Under the pieces are notes generated by a model, which was not told the origin of the DNA, did not search any database, and saw nothing but the letters and a program-made list of their open reading frames with translations. A program made the position numbers and the translations under genes. This document shows, piece by piece, positions 44,860 to 55,924 of a stretch of 64,000 bases of DNA (position 1 is its first letter; every line of letters begins with the position of its first letter). Origin of the DNA: Thermodesulfobacteriota bacterium (GTDB lineage: Bacteria > Desulfobacterota_D > UBA1144 > Nemesobacterales > Nemesobacteraceae); assembly GCA_965116075.1 (NCBI GenBank), contig OZ220467.1:2308849-2372848 (forward strand). The letters run 5' to 3'.

Positions 44860-45615
44860 ATGTATGAATACGATATCCTCTCTTTGATTTTGCTTTTTTT
44901 CACAGGCGTTCTTGCGGGGGCGATAAACGTGATGGCTGGAGGGGGTAGTAGCATTGTGCTCCCCGTGCTCATATTTTTGGGAATTGACCCAACGGTCGCA
45001 AATGGAACAAACAGGGTGGCAATCCTGTTTCAGAATCTCTCGGCGATTCTCTCATTTAGAAAAGAAGGAATAGCTAGCGTCAACTCCGGCATGAAACTAG
45101 CGCTGTTAACGCTTCCCGGCGTCGTTGCGGGCGGATTGGTGGCGGTAAGAGTTGGTGATGAGTTTTTTGAGAAAATTCTTGCGGTTGTGCTTATTTTCGT
45201 GTGCGCCTCTTTTTTCTTAAATATAAAGTCTTTGGAAAAGCTTCTGGGTAAAAGTAAAGGAAAAACTTACAAGTTACTTCTTTACCCCGCTTTGGTTCTG
45301 ATAGGTTTTTACGGTGGTTTTATACAGGTCGGAGTGGGGATTTTTATAATGGCGATTCTTTATCATCTTTTGGGAGAGTCTCTCTCCAAGGTGAACTTTC
45401 ACAAGGTGATTATAGTTTTTTTCTATACCCTTCCAGCGATTTTGATTTTTTTTCTGAGCGGAAATATAAATTGGTTCATAGGCATCTGTCTTGCCGTGGG
45501 AAACTCAGTCGGCGGATGGTTTGGCGCTAGGTTTTCCGTAAGGGGTGGTGAAAAGTACATAAAAATTGCGCTTGTGGTCGCTGTTGGGATTATGGCTATA
45601 AAACTTCTTATATAG
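44860..45615 (+). CDS. TauE/SafE-family anion exporter membrane protein
   Basis: 251 aa, polytopic. The N-terminal AGAINVMAGGGSSIVLPVL is typical of the family. Confidence 0.75.
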   Translation: MYEYDILSLILLFFTGVLAGAINVMAGGGSSIVLPVLIFLGIDPTVANGTNRVAILFQNLSAILSFRKEGIASVNSGMKLALLTLPGVVAGGLVAVRVGDEFFEKILAVVLIFVCASFFLNIKSLEKLLGKSKGKTYKLLLYPALVLIGFYGGFIQVGVGIFIMAILYHLLGESLSKVNFHKVIIVFFYTLPAILIFFLSGNINWFIGICLAVGNSVGGWFGARFSVRGGEKYIKIALVVAVGIMAIKLLI

Positions 45616-45750
45616 AACAGAAGTTGATCTCTCAAGAACCTACAAAGCATTGAACGCTACCGTTGACATAACCACTTTGAAACTGAGAAGATTAACGCAG
45701 GATAATACGCGACCTGACTGATTATAATGTTATGGCTCGCAAAGAATTTT

Positions 45751-47772
45751 TTACGCGTTATTGCTCGCTACAGAGTAATCACCCGTCTTTTTCAGAAAAT
45801 CATACAGAGCGTAATAAGGTCCTTGATTCTGAAGAAGCTTTTGATGGGTTCCTTGCTCCACAACCTTCCCTCTATTTATGACAATAACGCTATGTACGTC
45901 TTTGAGCGTTGTAAGTCTGTGGGTTATTATCAACCTTGTCTGAATACCGGAGTTTTTCTCCATGATTTTCTGTACTGTTTTTTCCGTTTCAGCATCAAGG
46001 TGCGAAGTGGCCTCATCCATTATCAAAAACCTTGAGTTTTTCCTGAGCGCCTTTTCAATGGAACGAGCTTGAGCCTCTCCTGAAGATAACTCTAATGGCA
46101 TCTTGGTAGAAACTACGGATTGCTCTCTTCTATCAGAAACATCCTTTTCAAACAAAAATAGGTCTTGGAAAATAGCGGTTACATTCTGGCGCAAATACTG
46201 GTTAGAGAGTTGTTCAACATCTATCCCGTTAAAAAGAATGCGTCCTTTCTGCGGTTTGTAAAACTTGAGTATAAGATTTACTATGGTTGATTTTCCCGCA
46301 CCGGTAATCCCCACGAGCGCAACTGTTTGTCCTGGCATTACTTTGAAGGAAACATCTTCAAGAACCCACTCCTTCTCGTTATACGAAAACCATACTCCCT
46401 GAAACTCAAGCGACCCTTGGCACTCTATAGGCGCAAGGGGTCCACCCTGTTCCGGCCGTTCGGCAAGCAACTCGTATAGATTTTCAGATGCAGCCACAGC
46501 AGACTGAAATATGTTGTACTTCTCAGAAAGTTCCTGTATCGGCTTGAATATCATTCTCACATAGTAAAGAAACGCTAACAACGCCCCCAAAGAAAGATCA
46601 AGGTCACTCACCCTGATCGCCCCATACCAAAGAATTATTCCTGTTGCGGCTATACTTACGTATTCAATAGATGGCCGAAAAATCACGTAAACCCATAACT
46701 GCCGGATATTAGCTCTATAGTTTTCTCTGTTGACCTTCCAGAACCTCTCAAAATTCCTTTCTTCTTTGCCATAGAGTTTGATAAGCACTATTCCCCTTAC
46801 GCTTTCCGCAACAAACGTGTTGAGTCTAGAGATGGTACTTCGTATATCCCTGTATACTGCGCGAAGTTTCGTACGGAAGATAGACACCACAAAAATCAAG
46901 AAAATGGTGAGGCCAACTATTATGAGCGCAAGACCAGCGTCCATTGCAAACATCATCACCAAGATACCTACTATGATTATCACATCTTTTATAAAATGGA
47001 TGAGAACTGACGTGTACATATCGTTTATGGCGTTTATGTCGTTTGTAACGCGAGTGGTTATCCTGCCTACGGGATTACGGTCAAAATAAACTTGCGGGAG
47101 AGAAAGTATATGAGAAAAGGCATGCCTTCTTATATCATGCATTATACGGTGACCAGAGTAATGAAGAGCATAGGTAAAGGCCGAAGTGAAAACAAAAATC
47201 CCGGTTATCGAAATTAATATGTAAATAGAAAGAGTTTTTAGTTTGCGTATCTGCCCCGATCGAATAACGCTGATTTCATTCTTTGAAAGCTTTTGAATAT
47301 CAAAATGAGGCGCAAATACCGCGCCGTTTACTTGCTCAAAAATTTCTGGTTTGCTCTTAACCAGATCAAGAATCTTTTGTTTTTGTTCTCCTTTGAACTC
47401 CTCAGGGTAGACCACAACGTACTTTGTCTGCGAAAACGGAATTTTTGCGCGGGCAATTTTGTCCTTCTCCGAACGGGAAAGCCGGGAAAAATCAACTAGT
47501 AAAGCGGTATCAGAAATCATAACAATGGCGCTAGGTGAAATCTCGCTGAATAAGCGTCTGTCCGTACCGACCTCTGCCATGCTCCAAGTAGGGTAGACAT
47601 AATTGTCGACTGCGACCTTTATAAGATAAGGAACTGCGATCTCAAAAGCAGCCGTAGCGGTCATCAGCAGGAAGGAAAGCGTAAAGTACAATTTGTACTT
47701 CCCCGCAAAACCCAATATCCATCCTAGGATTTTGATGTCATAGGTCGGTTTGCTCTTCGTTCTCTTACTCAT
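45751..47772 (-). CDS. ABC exporter, fused permease/ATPase (degenerate signature LSSGE)
   Basis: 673 aa. Walker A GITGAGKST and Walker B FLIMDEATSHLD. Confidence 0.85.
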   Translation of the reverse strand: MSKRTKSKPTYDIKILGWILGFAGKYKLYFTLSFLLMTATAAFEIAVPYLIKVAVDNYVYPTWSMAEVGTDRRLFSEISPSAIVMISDTALLVDFSRLSRSEKDKIARAKIPFSQTKYVVVYPEEFKGEQKQKILDLVKSKPEIFEQVNGAVFAPHFDIQKLSKNEISVIRSGQIRKLKTLSIYILISITGIFVFTSAFTYALHYSGHRIMHDIRRHAFSHILSLPQVYFDRNPVGRITTRVTNDINAINDMYTSVLIHFIKDVIIIVGILVMMFAMDAGLALIIVGLTIFLIFVVSIFRTKLRAVYRDIRSTISRLNTFVAESVRGIVLIKLYGKEERNFERFWKVNRENYRANIRQLWVYVIFRPSIEYVSIAATGIILWYGAIRVSDLDLSLGALLAFLYYVRMIFKPIQELSEKYNIFQSAVAASENLYELLAERPEQGGPLAPIECQGSLEFQGVWFSYNEKEWVLEDVSFKVMPGQTVALVGITGAGKSTIVNLILKFYKPQKGRILFNGIDVEQLSNQYLRQNVTAIFQDLFLFEKDVSDRREQSVVSTKMPLELSSGEAQARSIEKALRKNSRFLIMDEATSHLDAETEKTVQKIMEKNSGIQTRLIITHRLTTLKDVHSVIVINRGKVVEQGTHQKLLQNQGPYYALYDFLKKTGDYSVASNNA

Positions 47773-47781
47773 CCCTAGATC

Positions 47782-49530
47782 CTATTCTGACTGCAGTCTT
47801 TCAAGCGCATAGTAGACCCCACGTTTTTCCATAAGTTCTGAGTAACTTCCAATCTCAATTATTTCACCGCGTTTCATGACCGCAATTTTCGGAAGACCAG
47901 CAACAGAAGATGTCCTACTTGATATTATTACCAACGTCTTACCACTCATTTCCCGGACAACGTTCCTTATCACTGCGCTTTCTGTCTGCGGGTCAAGGGA
48001 TGAAAGAACATCATCTAGTATCAACACTTGAGGGGAAAGAACAATGGCTCTAGCTATTGCCAGACGCTGTCTTTGTCCTCCTGAGAGCGTAAGTCCTCGC
48101 TCTCCTACTACTGTTTCAAACCCTTGATCAAACTCTGTTATCTGGTCATATATCCCAGCTACGCGCGTAGCGCGCTCTATCTGCTCTGCGGTTATATCCG
48201 GGTTTATAAATTTGATGTTGTCAGAAACCGTACCACTAAAAACAGTTATTTCCTGTGGAACGTAGACTATGGTTTTCTGAAGACTTTTTCTTGATATTCC
48301 GTCTATGTCTATCCCATCAATAGTTATCGAACCATTTTGTGTTCTGTGTATCTTCATAAGGAGTTTTATGAGGGTGGTCTTCCCTGAACCGGTAAGACCT
48401 GTTATTCCTAGTGCTTCACCTCGCGGTATGTGCAGGTTTATATTGCGCAAGACAGGAATGTCTCCGTAGGAAAAACCAACTCCCGAAAACCTTATTTCCC
48501 CAAAAAGTTCATAATCCGTCTCATGAGAACGAATTTCTTCTTCCTCTTTGACCTCAAGAATTTTGTTGAGCCGATTTATCGACGCATTACCGCGCTTGAG
48601 TAAATCAACCGCCCACCCCATGGCCATCATGGGCCAGCCGAGCATCATCAAGTAGACAAGCATGGCGGAGAATTCCCCAAGGGTGATTTCAGATCCTATG
48701 GCTTGAGTTCCACCGAAGAAAAGAAACACCACCATCGCCACTGAAGGAATGAAATATACAAATGGCTGAAAAGGACCCCAAACCTTTACTAGATGCAGAT
48801 TTCTTGCTAGGTAATCAGCGCTTGCGCGGTCAAAATCTACCTGCTCGGCTCTTTCTATCCCAAAAGCTTTTACAACCTTGATTCCTGAAACAGATTGCCT
48901 GGTAGTCTCAGTGAGTTCAGAAAACGAATCCTGTGATCTCTGAAATCTCCTTTCTATCATGTTGCCAAATTTGTATATAAAAATGACAAGTGGAGGAAAA
49001 GGTAAAAACGCATACAGGGCGAGTTCGGGAGAAATGTAAATCATGGCTGCAAAAATAAACAGAAACAGGAAAATCCCATCATACGCTATCAACAACCCGA
49101 GTCCACACGAGAACTTCAAAGTCTCTATGTCGTTTACCGTGTGCGCCATAAGATCACCCGTTTTTCTTTTTGAAAAGAAATCAAAATCAAGTTTTTGTAG
49201 ATGAGAGAAAAAATCATCCCTAAGCGAATTCTCTATCTTTCTCGCCCCACCCATTATAAAATAGCGCCATCCAAGCCTAAAAAGCGCCATAACCACCCCA
49301 AGCGCGAATATATATAATGCGTATCTAGTGATAAGCGGAAAATCGACTGTTCCAAGAGTAAGTTCATCTACTATCCACTGAACTACTATCGGAATTGATA
49401 GTTGAGCTATATCCACCATAGTAAGACACAAAAGACCTGCAAGGAACGAGTACCTATACCGAAGAAGAAGAGAAGAAATGCTTGTTTTTCTTACCAATGG
49501 CGTGAGCGTATAACGTTTGCGCAAGATCAA
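47782..49530 (-). CDS. ABC exporter, fused permease/ATPase (canonical LSGGQ)
   Basis: 582 aa. GLTGSGKTT, LSGGQRQRLAIARA and ILDDVLSSLD. Likely the heterodimer partner of the downstream gene. Confidence 0.85.
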   Translation of the reverse strand: MILRKRYTLTPLVRKTSISSLLLRYRYSFLAGLLCLTMVDIAQLSIPIVVQWIVDELTLGTVDFPLITRYALYIFALGVVMALFRLGWRYFIMGGARKIENSLRDDFFSHLQKLDFDFFSKRKTGDLMAHTVNDIETLKFSCGLGLLIAYDGIFLFLFIFAAMIYISPELALYAFLPFPPLVIFIYKFGNMIERRFQRSQDSFSELTETTRQSVSGIKVVKAFGIERAEQVDFDRASADYLARNLHLVKVWGPFQPFVYFIPSVAMVVFLFFGGTQAIGSEITLGEFSAMLVYLMMLGWPMMAMGWAVDLLKRGNASINRLNKILEVKEEEEIRSHETDYELFGEIRFSGVGFSYGDIPVLRNINLHIPRGEALGITGLTGSGKTTLIKLLMKIHRTQNGSITIDGIDIDGISRKSLQKTIVYVPQEITVFSGTVSDNIKFINPDITAEQIERATRVAGIYDQITEFDQGFETVVGERGLTLSGGQRQRLAIARAIVLSPQVLILDDVLSSLDPQTESAVIRNVVREMSGKTLVIISSRTSSVAGLPKIAVMKRGEIIEIGSYSELMEKRGVYYALERLQSE

Positions 49531-49709
49531 AATCAGAAGATGAAGCGCAAAAACGGATTTGATTTAAAAACAGATGCGGAGAAAAATACCGACTTTAGAC
49601 AATTAGTGTAACGGATAAAAGCCCTGAGAAAATCCTAGAGAGTTTCTTTTTGCAAATTATAGACAGTAGAATCTAGCGTATAGGACAGATCAGTTAGCAT
49701 TGTACGCAG

Positions 49710-50351
49710 ATGCCCGTAATAAACAGAGAGCAAGATAGGTTGAAAGACAGCACGTATTCGGTTCCCAATGGAGTTTCCACAGCGGAATTGACGATTAAAA
49801 AAAGTAAATTCGTTGCAAATGTAGGCAGAGCGAATAGTAGGCAAAGCGCAGAGAATTTTATAAAAACCGTATCTATCTCCCACTCAGGGGCAACTCATAA
49901 CTGCTATGCGTTTGTGGCCTGTGCCCCCGGAGAAACAGAGATTGGTTTTGGAGACGACGGCGAAGTCTCGGGAACAGCTGGACGTCCAATGCTCAATCTT
50001 CTCAATCAAAGCGATATAGGAGAGATAGTGGCCGTGGTAAGCAGATATTATGGAGGGGTAAAACTCGGTACGGGAGGACTTATGAGAGCGTATACGGATT
50101 GTCTACGGAATGCGCTTGCAGAACTCAACTATGTAAAACGAGTAAGGGTTCGGGCAGGACGCGTGAGTTTTACCTACGCGCAGGAAAACTCTATACGGAT
50201 TCTGTTTGAAAAAACCGGCACAGAAATAACAAGCTCGCAGAGAGCAGAAACTGTGTGTCTGAACTTTGAAACATCTGTTGCTTGCGTCGCGGAGATTGAA
50301 GAAAAAATCGCCTCTATTACAAAAGGAAAATCAGAACTCATCTGGAAGTGA
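49710..50351 (+). CDS. yigZ: YigZ/IMPACT-family protein
   Basis: 213 aa. KKSKFVANV, ATHNCYAFV, GTAGRPML and YYGGVKLGTGGL. Confidence 0.8.
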   Translation: MPVINREQDRLKDSTYSVPNGVSTAELTIKKSKFVANVGRANSRQSAENFIKTVSISHSGATHNCYAFVACAPGETEIGFGDDGEVSGTAGRPMLNLLNQSDIGEIVAVVSRYYGGVKLGTGGLMRAYTDCLRNALAELNYVKRVRVRAGRVSFTYAQENSIRILFEKTGTEITSSQRAETVCLNFETSVACVAEIEEKIASITKGKSELIWK

Positions 50352-50440
50352 CAAATAGATTCAATAGCATAGACAAACCGTTTTTTCTTTTCAGTATAAT
50401 AGAGCAGATATTTCAATAAATTTCGGAGGCAGAAAAAACA

Positions 50441-50995
50441 ATGGATTTGCACGAAAAGGAAGCGATGTACGTTTGCCAATGCGTAAAATCGCTCAGTTCC
50501 CTGAGAAACTATATTGAAAAAGAGGTTCCCGACGAAATCATAGCGGAAGTTCTTGAGGCAGGCAGACTAGCTCCAAGCGCACACAACAATCAACCATGGG
50601 AATTTGTGTTGGTAAAAAATCGTGACGCGTTGCGGCAACTGAGCAAATACTGCACAAGTGGAAAATTCGTCGCGCAGGCGGGTTTTGCTGTGGTTATCGT
50701 CGTTGACCCTGAGAATAAATGGTATCAGATAGACGGTACAAGAGCCGCGCAGAACATGGTCATTACGGCATGGGGATGGGGACTAGGATCTTGTTGGATA
50801 GGAAGAATCGAAAAAGATGAACTAAAAAAGCATCTTGCGGTGCCGCAAAAACTTGACATTCTAACTGTACTCCCGTTTGGCTATTTTGATAGAAATTTTC
50901 TATCTTCCACGAAAAAAGCAAGAAAAAGTCCAGACGATGTCATTCACATTGAAAGTTATGGAAAGAATTTTTCCACTTGGCTAAAAACATACTAA
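50441..50995 (+). CDS. Nitroreductase-family protein
   Basis: 184 aa. APSAHNNQPWEF motif. Confidence 0.8.
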   Translation: MDLHEKEAMYVCQCVKSLSSLRNYIEKEVPDEIIAEVLEAGRLAPSAHNNQPWEFVLVKNRDALRQLSKYCTSGKFVAQAGFAVVIVVDPENKWYQIDGTRAAQNMVITAWGWGLGSCWIGRIEKDELKKHLAVPQKLDILTVLPFGYFDRNFLSSTKKARKSPDDVIHIESYGKNFSTWLKTY

Positions 50996-51008
50996 TAGGA
51001 GATGTCTG

Positions 51009-51632
51009 ATGAAAAAATACATTTGTGAACTTATAGGAACTTTTTTTCTGGTCTTCACTATAGGAACTACGGTGATCAACCCGGGAGCTGGGGCCTTCGC
51101 TCCTTTTGCAATAGGCGCAGTTCTCGCAGCAATGATCTACGCTGGAGGACATATTTCAGGAGCGCATTATAACCCAGCAGTTACCGTGACGCTATGGATC
51201 CGCGGAGAGACCAACCGAGCAGAAGTCATACCTTATATTGTCTCCCAAGTAGTCGGAAGCGCACTTGCAGCTATAGCGGTGATGTTTATAAAAACACCGA
51301 TCACAGTTTCGGCGATGGAAATATCAGTTCTTCCCGCGCTTTTATCAGAACTGCTTTTCACATTTGCTCTCTGCCTAGTAATACTTGAGGTTGCCACCTC
51401 AAAGAAAACGCAAGGCAACTCCTACTACGGTATAGCAATAGGGCTTGTGGTTATGGCGGGAATTTATTCTGTAGGTGAAATTTCAGGTGGAGTCTTCAAC
51501 CCCGCGGTGGTTGTAGGAATCATTGCGATGGGGCTTTCGGCGCTGGAAAACGCTTGGATATACGTTGTCGCGAATTTTGCAGGAGCCGTTCTCGCAGCGG
51601 TAATTTTCAGATTTTTTAACTCTAGTGAATAA
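51009..51632 (+). CDS. MIP/aquaporin-family channel
   Basis: Two NPA boxes (HYNPAVT and FNPAVV). Confidence 0.9.
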   Translation: MKKYICELIGTFFLVFTIGTTVINPGAGAFAPFAIGAVLAAMIYAGGHISGAHYNPAVTVTLWIRGETNRAEVIPYIVSQVVGSALAAIAVMFIKTPITVSAMEISVLPALLSELLFTFALCLVILEVATSKKTQGNSYYGIAIGLVVMAGIYSVGEISGGVFNPAVVVGIIAMGLSALENAWIYVVANFAGAVLAAVIFRFFNSSE

Positions 51633-51644
51633 CGGACGCTAGGC

Positions 51645-52457
51645 ATGCCGGAGTGCACCAAGGTAAATCTCAAGAACCTAGGAAATACGAAAGTCTTGGT
51701 TCCCGAAATCGGACTCGGCACTTGGAGATACAAAGGAGGAGTTGATGCGCTTCGGGCCGGGATCAGACTTGGATCTACGCTTATTGACACCGCAGAAGGT
51801 TATCATACGGAAGATATCGTTGGTCAGGCTGTGGCGCATCTACGCGAAGATGTATTTCTTGCAACAAAAGTTTCTGGAAGGAATCTCGCCTACGACAGCG
51901 TGCTTAGGTCATGCGAAAAAAGCCTTGAAAAACTCGGCACAGACCATATAGACCTTTATCAAATACACTGGCCAAATCCCGTACACCCGATAAACCGCAC
52001 TATGAAAGCGCTTGAGAAGTTGGTTGACCGCGGGTGGATAAGGTACGTTGGAGTCAGCAATTTCTCCATGGACAATATACGCGAAGCGCAACACTATTTT
52101 CCAAACTATCCGATAGTTTCAAATCAGGTGTTGTACAATTTAAACTCAAGGGAAATAGAACTTGATCTTCTACCCTACTGCATAGAGAAAGGTATAACTG
52201 TAATGGCCTATACGCCTCTTGATAACGGCAATCTCTGCAGAAGAAATCCCGGAGGAGTACTCTCCACTATTGCGGATGAAACGAGAAAAACAGAAGCGCA
52301 GGTGGCTCTTAACTGGTGCATTTCCCACGAAAATGTCATCTGCATTCCGAAATCAAACTCTGTGGAGAGGACTGTGGAAAATTGCAGAGCCTCGGGATGG
52401 ACTCTTTCAGGCGAACAGATCAGCAGACTTAACGAAGATTTTTCTCTTCACGTGTGA
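51645..52457 (+). CDS. Aldo/keto reductase
   Basis: 270 aa. IDTAEGY, DLYQIHWP and GVSNF motifs. Confidence 0.85.
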   Translation: MPECTKVNLKNLGNTKVLVPEIGLGTWRYKGGVDALRAGIRLGSTLIDTAEGYHTEDIVGQAVAHLREDVFLATKVSGRNLAYDSVLRSCEKSLEKLGTDHIDLYQIHWPNPVHPINRTMKALEKLVDRGWIRYVGVSNFSMDNIREAQHYFPNYPIVSNQVLYNLNSREIELDLLPYCIEKGITVMAYTPLDNGNLCRRNPGGVLSTIADETRKTEAQVALNWCISHENVICIPKSNSVERTVENCRASGWTLSGEQISRLNEDFSLHV

Positions 52458-52502
52458 TATAGTGGAGGGGATAAGGGAAATGTCAGGGAGGTTCTTTGTA
52501 CG

Positions 52503-53831
52503 ATGATTTCTAGAAGACCGACTCAGTTTTTGATTTTGTTGTTATCCGTTTTCGCTTTTTTCCTGCTTACCGATCCAGCATCGGCTAGTGAGCTTGATAC
52601 CGGGGATACCGCGTGGATACTGATTTCCACAGGGCTTGTCTTATTCATGATGATTCCAGGGCTTGCGCTTTTTTATGGTGGTCTAGTTGGAAAAAAGAAC
52701 GTCTTATCAGTACTGATGCAGTGTTTTTCCATTACCGCAATAGTAACGGTTATTTGGACCATATTCGGCTATAGCATGGCTTTTGATACAACTGGAATGA
52801 CTGCGGGAGAGATTGGAATAAACTCTTTTGTTGGAGGGTTATCAAAAGCGTTTCTCAATGGAGTTGGTACTGACACCCTCTCTGGAACAATACCTGAAGT
52901 ACTATTTTTCGCCTTCCAGCTTACTTTTGCTATCATAACTCCGGGGCTTATCATCGGCGCCTTCGCTGAAAGAATGAAGTTCTCAGCAATGCTACTTTTC
53001 TCCGCTCTATGGGTAATTATCTGCTACTTCCCAGTTGCTCATATGGTTTGGGGAGGAGATGGCTCTTTCTTTGGGGATAAGGGACTCATTGATTTCGCAG
53101 GAGGAATCGTCGTCCATATAACAGCGGGTACCGCCGCGCTTGTAGCAGCAATAGTGATTGGACCTAGAAAGGGCTACCCACATCAAATAAATCTTCCTCA
53201 TAACCTTTCTTTCACCATGATAGGAACAGCGATGCTCTGGGTTGGTTGGTTCGGATTTAACGGGGGAAGCGCTCTCGCCGCAGGTGGGCAAGCCGCAATG
53301 GCGGTTGTGGTAACCCAGATATCTCCGTGCGTTGCGGCGCTTACATGGATATTACTTGAAAAAGTAAGATCGGGAAAACCCAGCGCTTTGGGCTTTGCCA
53401 CCGGAGCGATAGCAGGGCTAGCCGCTATAACTCCTGCATCGGGAACAGTAGGACCGAGTGGAGCGATAGTCATAGGAATTTCATCCTCTCTAATGGCCTA
53501 TGTAGCAGCTACGTATATAAAATTCAGGTTTAAATACGATGATGCGCTTGATGTTGTCGGAGTGCACGGAGTCGGAGGACTGGTCGGAATTTTACTGGTC
53601 TCGGTGTTTGCCTCAACCTCGTATGGAGGATCTGTTGAGAATTTGGATATAGGGTCACAGTTTGGAGTTCAGCTCTATGGAGCGGTATTTGCAATAATAT
53701 ACACCGGTATTTTGAGTTTCATAATACTCAAAGCTATTGACATGACTATAGGGCTTAGAGTGGACGAGGATGAGGAAAGTCAGGGACTAGACATAACTGA
53801 CCACGGAGAAGTTGGTTACTACGACCTATAG
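52503..53831 (+). CDS. amt: Ammonium transporter
   Basis: 442 aa. AFQLTFAIITP, DFAGGIVVH, WFGFNGGS and DDALDVVGVHGVGG. Confidence 0.9.
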   Translation: MISRRPTQFLILLLSVFAFFLLTDPASASELDTGDTAWILISTGLVLFMMIPGLALFYGGLVGKKNVLSVLMQCFSITAIVTVIWTIFGYSMAFDTTGMTAGEIGINSFVGGLSKAFLNGVGTDTLSGTIPEVLFFAFQLTFAIITPGLIIGAFAERMKFSAMLLFSALWVIICYFPVAHMVWGGDGSFFGDKGLIDFAGGIVVHITAGTAALVAAIVIGPRKGYPHQINLPHNLSFTMIGTAMLWVGWFGFNGGSALAAGGQAAMAVVVTQISPCVAALTWILLEKVRSGKPSALGFATGAIAGLAAITPASGTVGPSGAIVIGISSSLMAYVAATYIKFRFKYDDALDVVGVHGVGGLVGILLVSVFASTSYGGSVENLDIGSQFGVQLYGAVFAIIYTGILSFIILKAIDMTIGLRVDEDEESQGLDITDHGEVGYYDL

Positions 53832-53873
53832 TATGCTCATTAATATGACTTTTGCGTACAACTGATATCCAAG

Positions 53874-54107
53874 ATGCATGGAAGCGCGAAAGTTGTAAGT
53901 GGTATATGTGAGTGCGGACACTCAGTTGGAGATCCTTGGGTAGTCCCAAAACAAAAATACTCTTTTTTCGGGTGGTTTGTGATGAGTTGCGGAATGAGTT
54001 ATCCTCCAAAACAGATAAACTTGGAGTGCGACTGCTGTGGGGAGATTTTTGAAGTGATCCGCGGAGATAGGGAGTTTCTTGAGCAGTATTGTGAGCGTAA
54101 TCGATAA
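53874..54107 (+). CDS. Small Cys-rich (zinc-ribbon-like) hypothetical protein
   Basis: 77 aa with CxC..and CDCC pairs. No family recognised. Confidence 0.3.
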   Translation: MHGSAKVVSGICECGHSVGDPWVVPKQKYSFFGWFVMSCGMSYPPKQINLECDCCGEIFEVIRGDREFLEQYCERNR

Positions 54108-54109
54108 GA

Positions 54110-54586
54110 CTACATCTTGTATTTGCCGAAAAATTCAGGTGGAATGTCTTCTAATATTTCTCCTGCTGTTTTGTCGTTATCAGTTGTCTTTGCGCTCAGT
54201 GCCATTTTTATGACTTCTTCTTCGACCAAAATGTGGGAGTCTGTCCTGAGCGCAAGAGCAATCGCGTCACTCGGGCGCGCGTCAACGAACAACTCCTCTC
54301 CTTCCTTTTCAATCACTATACGCGAGAAAAAAACGCTGTCTTTAAGTTCGTTTATCTCTACCCTAAGCAACTTGCATTGAACCGCGTCAATCACGTTTTT
54401 CATAAGATCATGGGTAAGAGGTCTTGGTCTCTCCATCTGCTTTATCTCAATGGCTATGGCATTTGCTTCCTCAACGCCAACCCAGAGAGGAAAATTTTTT
54501 TGTTTCTTCTCGTCGGTGAGTATTACAACCGGCGTGTCTGTAAACGGATCTGCGACTATGCAAGCGACTTTCATTTCAATAAGCAT
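54110..54586 (-). CDS. Bifunctional nuclease (DUF151) family protein
   Basis: 158 aa. PLWVGVEEANAIA, RPLTHDL and DARPSDAIALALR. Confidence 0.8.
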   Translation of the reverse strand: MLIEMKVACIVADPFTDTPVVILTDEKKQKNFPLWVGVEEANAIAIEIKQMERPRPLTHDLMKNVIDAVQCKLLRVEINELKDSVFFSRIVIEKEGEELFVDARPSDAIALALRTDSHILVEEEVIKMALSAKTTDNDKTAGEILEDIPPEFFGKYKM

Positions 54587-54610
54587 TTTCTGTCCTCAAT
54601 TATACTTTAA

Positions 54611-55924
54611 TTAATTCAGATACTGCCCTCTAAGAGAATTGGCAAGTCCTTCGGTTATCCTCACATCAACCACCTGACCTATAAGTCCCGGTACTCCGGG
54701 GAAATTTACTATTCTGTTATGATCAGTTCTACCTGCGAGCCAAGATGAGTCGTTTCGGCTTACGCCTTCCACCAAAACACGCTCGGATTTTCCGATTCTT
54801 TTTACGTTTTTCTCAAGCGTGATCTTTTGCTGATATTGTTGAAGACGCGCAAGCCTCTCACTTGCAACGGTATCTTCTACCCTGTCTCCTGATTTCCAGA
54901 GCCTGTCTCCTTCTGTTCCCGGACGTGGCGAATACTTAAATGAAAAGGAACTTTCAAAACCCACTTCCTCGACAAGACTCATTGTCTGCTCAAAATCATT
55001 ATCGTCCTCACCCGGAAACCCTACTATTATATCTGAAGATACAGTTATATCCGGCATAGCATCTCTAAGTCTTTTCACTGAGTCAACATACCAAGCCCTA
55101 GTGTAAGTTCTTTTCATTAACTTCAGCACTCTGTCTGAACCTGACTGCACAGGCAGATGTATATGACGACACACCTTAGAAACGTCGGCCATGGATTCAA
55201 CCATTTTTCTGGTTATATCTCTAGGGTAGGAAGTCGTGAATCTTATCCGCTTAAGTCCCTCAAGTTCTCCCATCTCTCTTAGGAGATCCCCGAATCTAAG
55301 TTCTTTTGTCTTCCAAGAATTTACGGTTTGACCTATAAGGGTTATTTCCTTGACGCCTTTTGAGATTAGATAGCGCGCCTCAGTCATGATATCTTCAACA
55401 GTCCTGTTCACTTCCAAACCTCTAACCTTAGGAACTATGCAATAAGCGCACCGCTTGTTGCACCCCTGCTGTATTGAAAGAAAGGCGGTAGGCTTGCCCT
55501 CTGCATGATAGGGAAGAATGTCAAAAGGCTCTTCCACGTCAAAGGATGTTTCAATAGGTCTAGTTTTTTTCTCTTTTATGTCATCCACAACCCTTTTCAG
55601 CCCGGGAATCATTCTTGGCCCCAGCACGAAATCCAGATGAGGCATTTTATGGAGAAGTTTTTCTCCATAAAGTTGCGCAACGCATCCAGATACCCCCACC
55701 ACAAGTTCTGGGTTTTTAGCCTTCAGATGCTTGAACCGCCCAAGACTACTCAGGGCCTTCTGGTCAGCCTTTTGCCTTATAGCGCAGGTGTTTACAATTA
55801 CTATGTCGGCCTGCCTAGGGTCTTCAGTCACATCGGCACCCAGAGCGGTTTTTATCCTCTCCGAGTCATACTCGTTCATCTGACAGCCATAAGTTTCGAG
55901 GTAGAGCATATTATTTTTCTTCAT
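54611..55924 (-). CDS. miaB: tRNA-i6A37 methylthiotransferase
   Basis: 437 aa. YLETYGCQMN, the radical-SAM motif CNKRCAYC, and a TRAM-like C-terminus. Confidence 0.9.
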   Translation of the reverse strand: MKKNNMLYLETYGCQMNEYDSERIKTALGADVTEDPRQADIVIVNTCAIRQKADQKALSSLGRFKHLKAKNPELVVGVSGCVAQLYGEKLLHKMPHLDFVLGPRMIPGLKRVVDDIKEKKTRPIETSFDVEEPFDILPYHAEGKPTAFLSIQQGCNKRCAYCIVPKVRGLEVNRTVEDIMTEARYLISKGVKEITLIGQTVNSWKTKELRFGDLLREMGELEGLKRIRFTTSYPRDITRKMVESMADVSKVCRHIHLPVQSGSDRVLKLMKRTYTRAWYVDSVKRLRDAMPDITVSSDIIVGFPGEDDNDFEQTMSLVEEVGFESSFSFKYSPRPGTEGDRLWKSGDRVEDTVASERLARLQQYQQKITLEKNVKRIGKSERVLVEGVSRNDSSWLAGRTDHNRIVNFPGVPGLIGQVVDVRITEGLANSLRGQYLN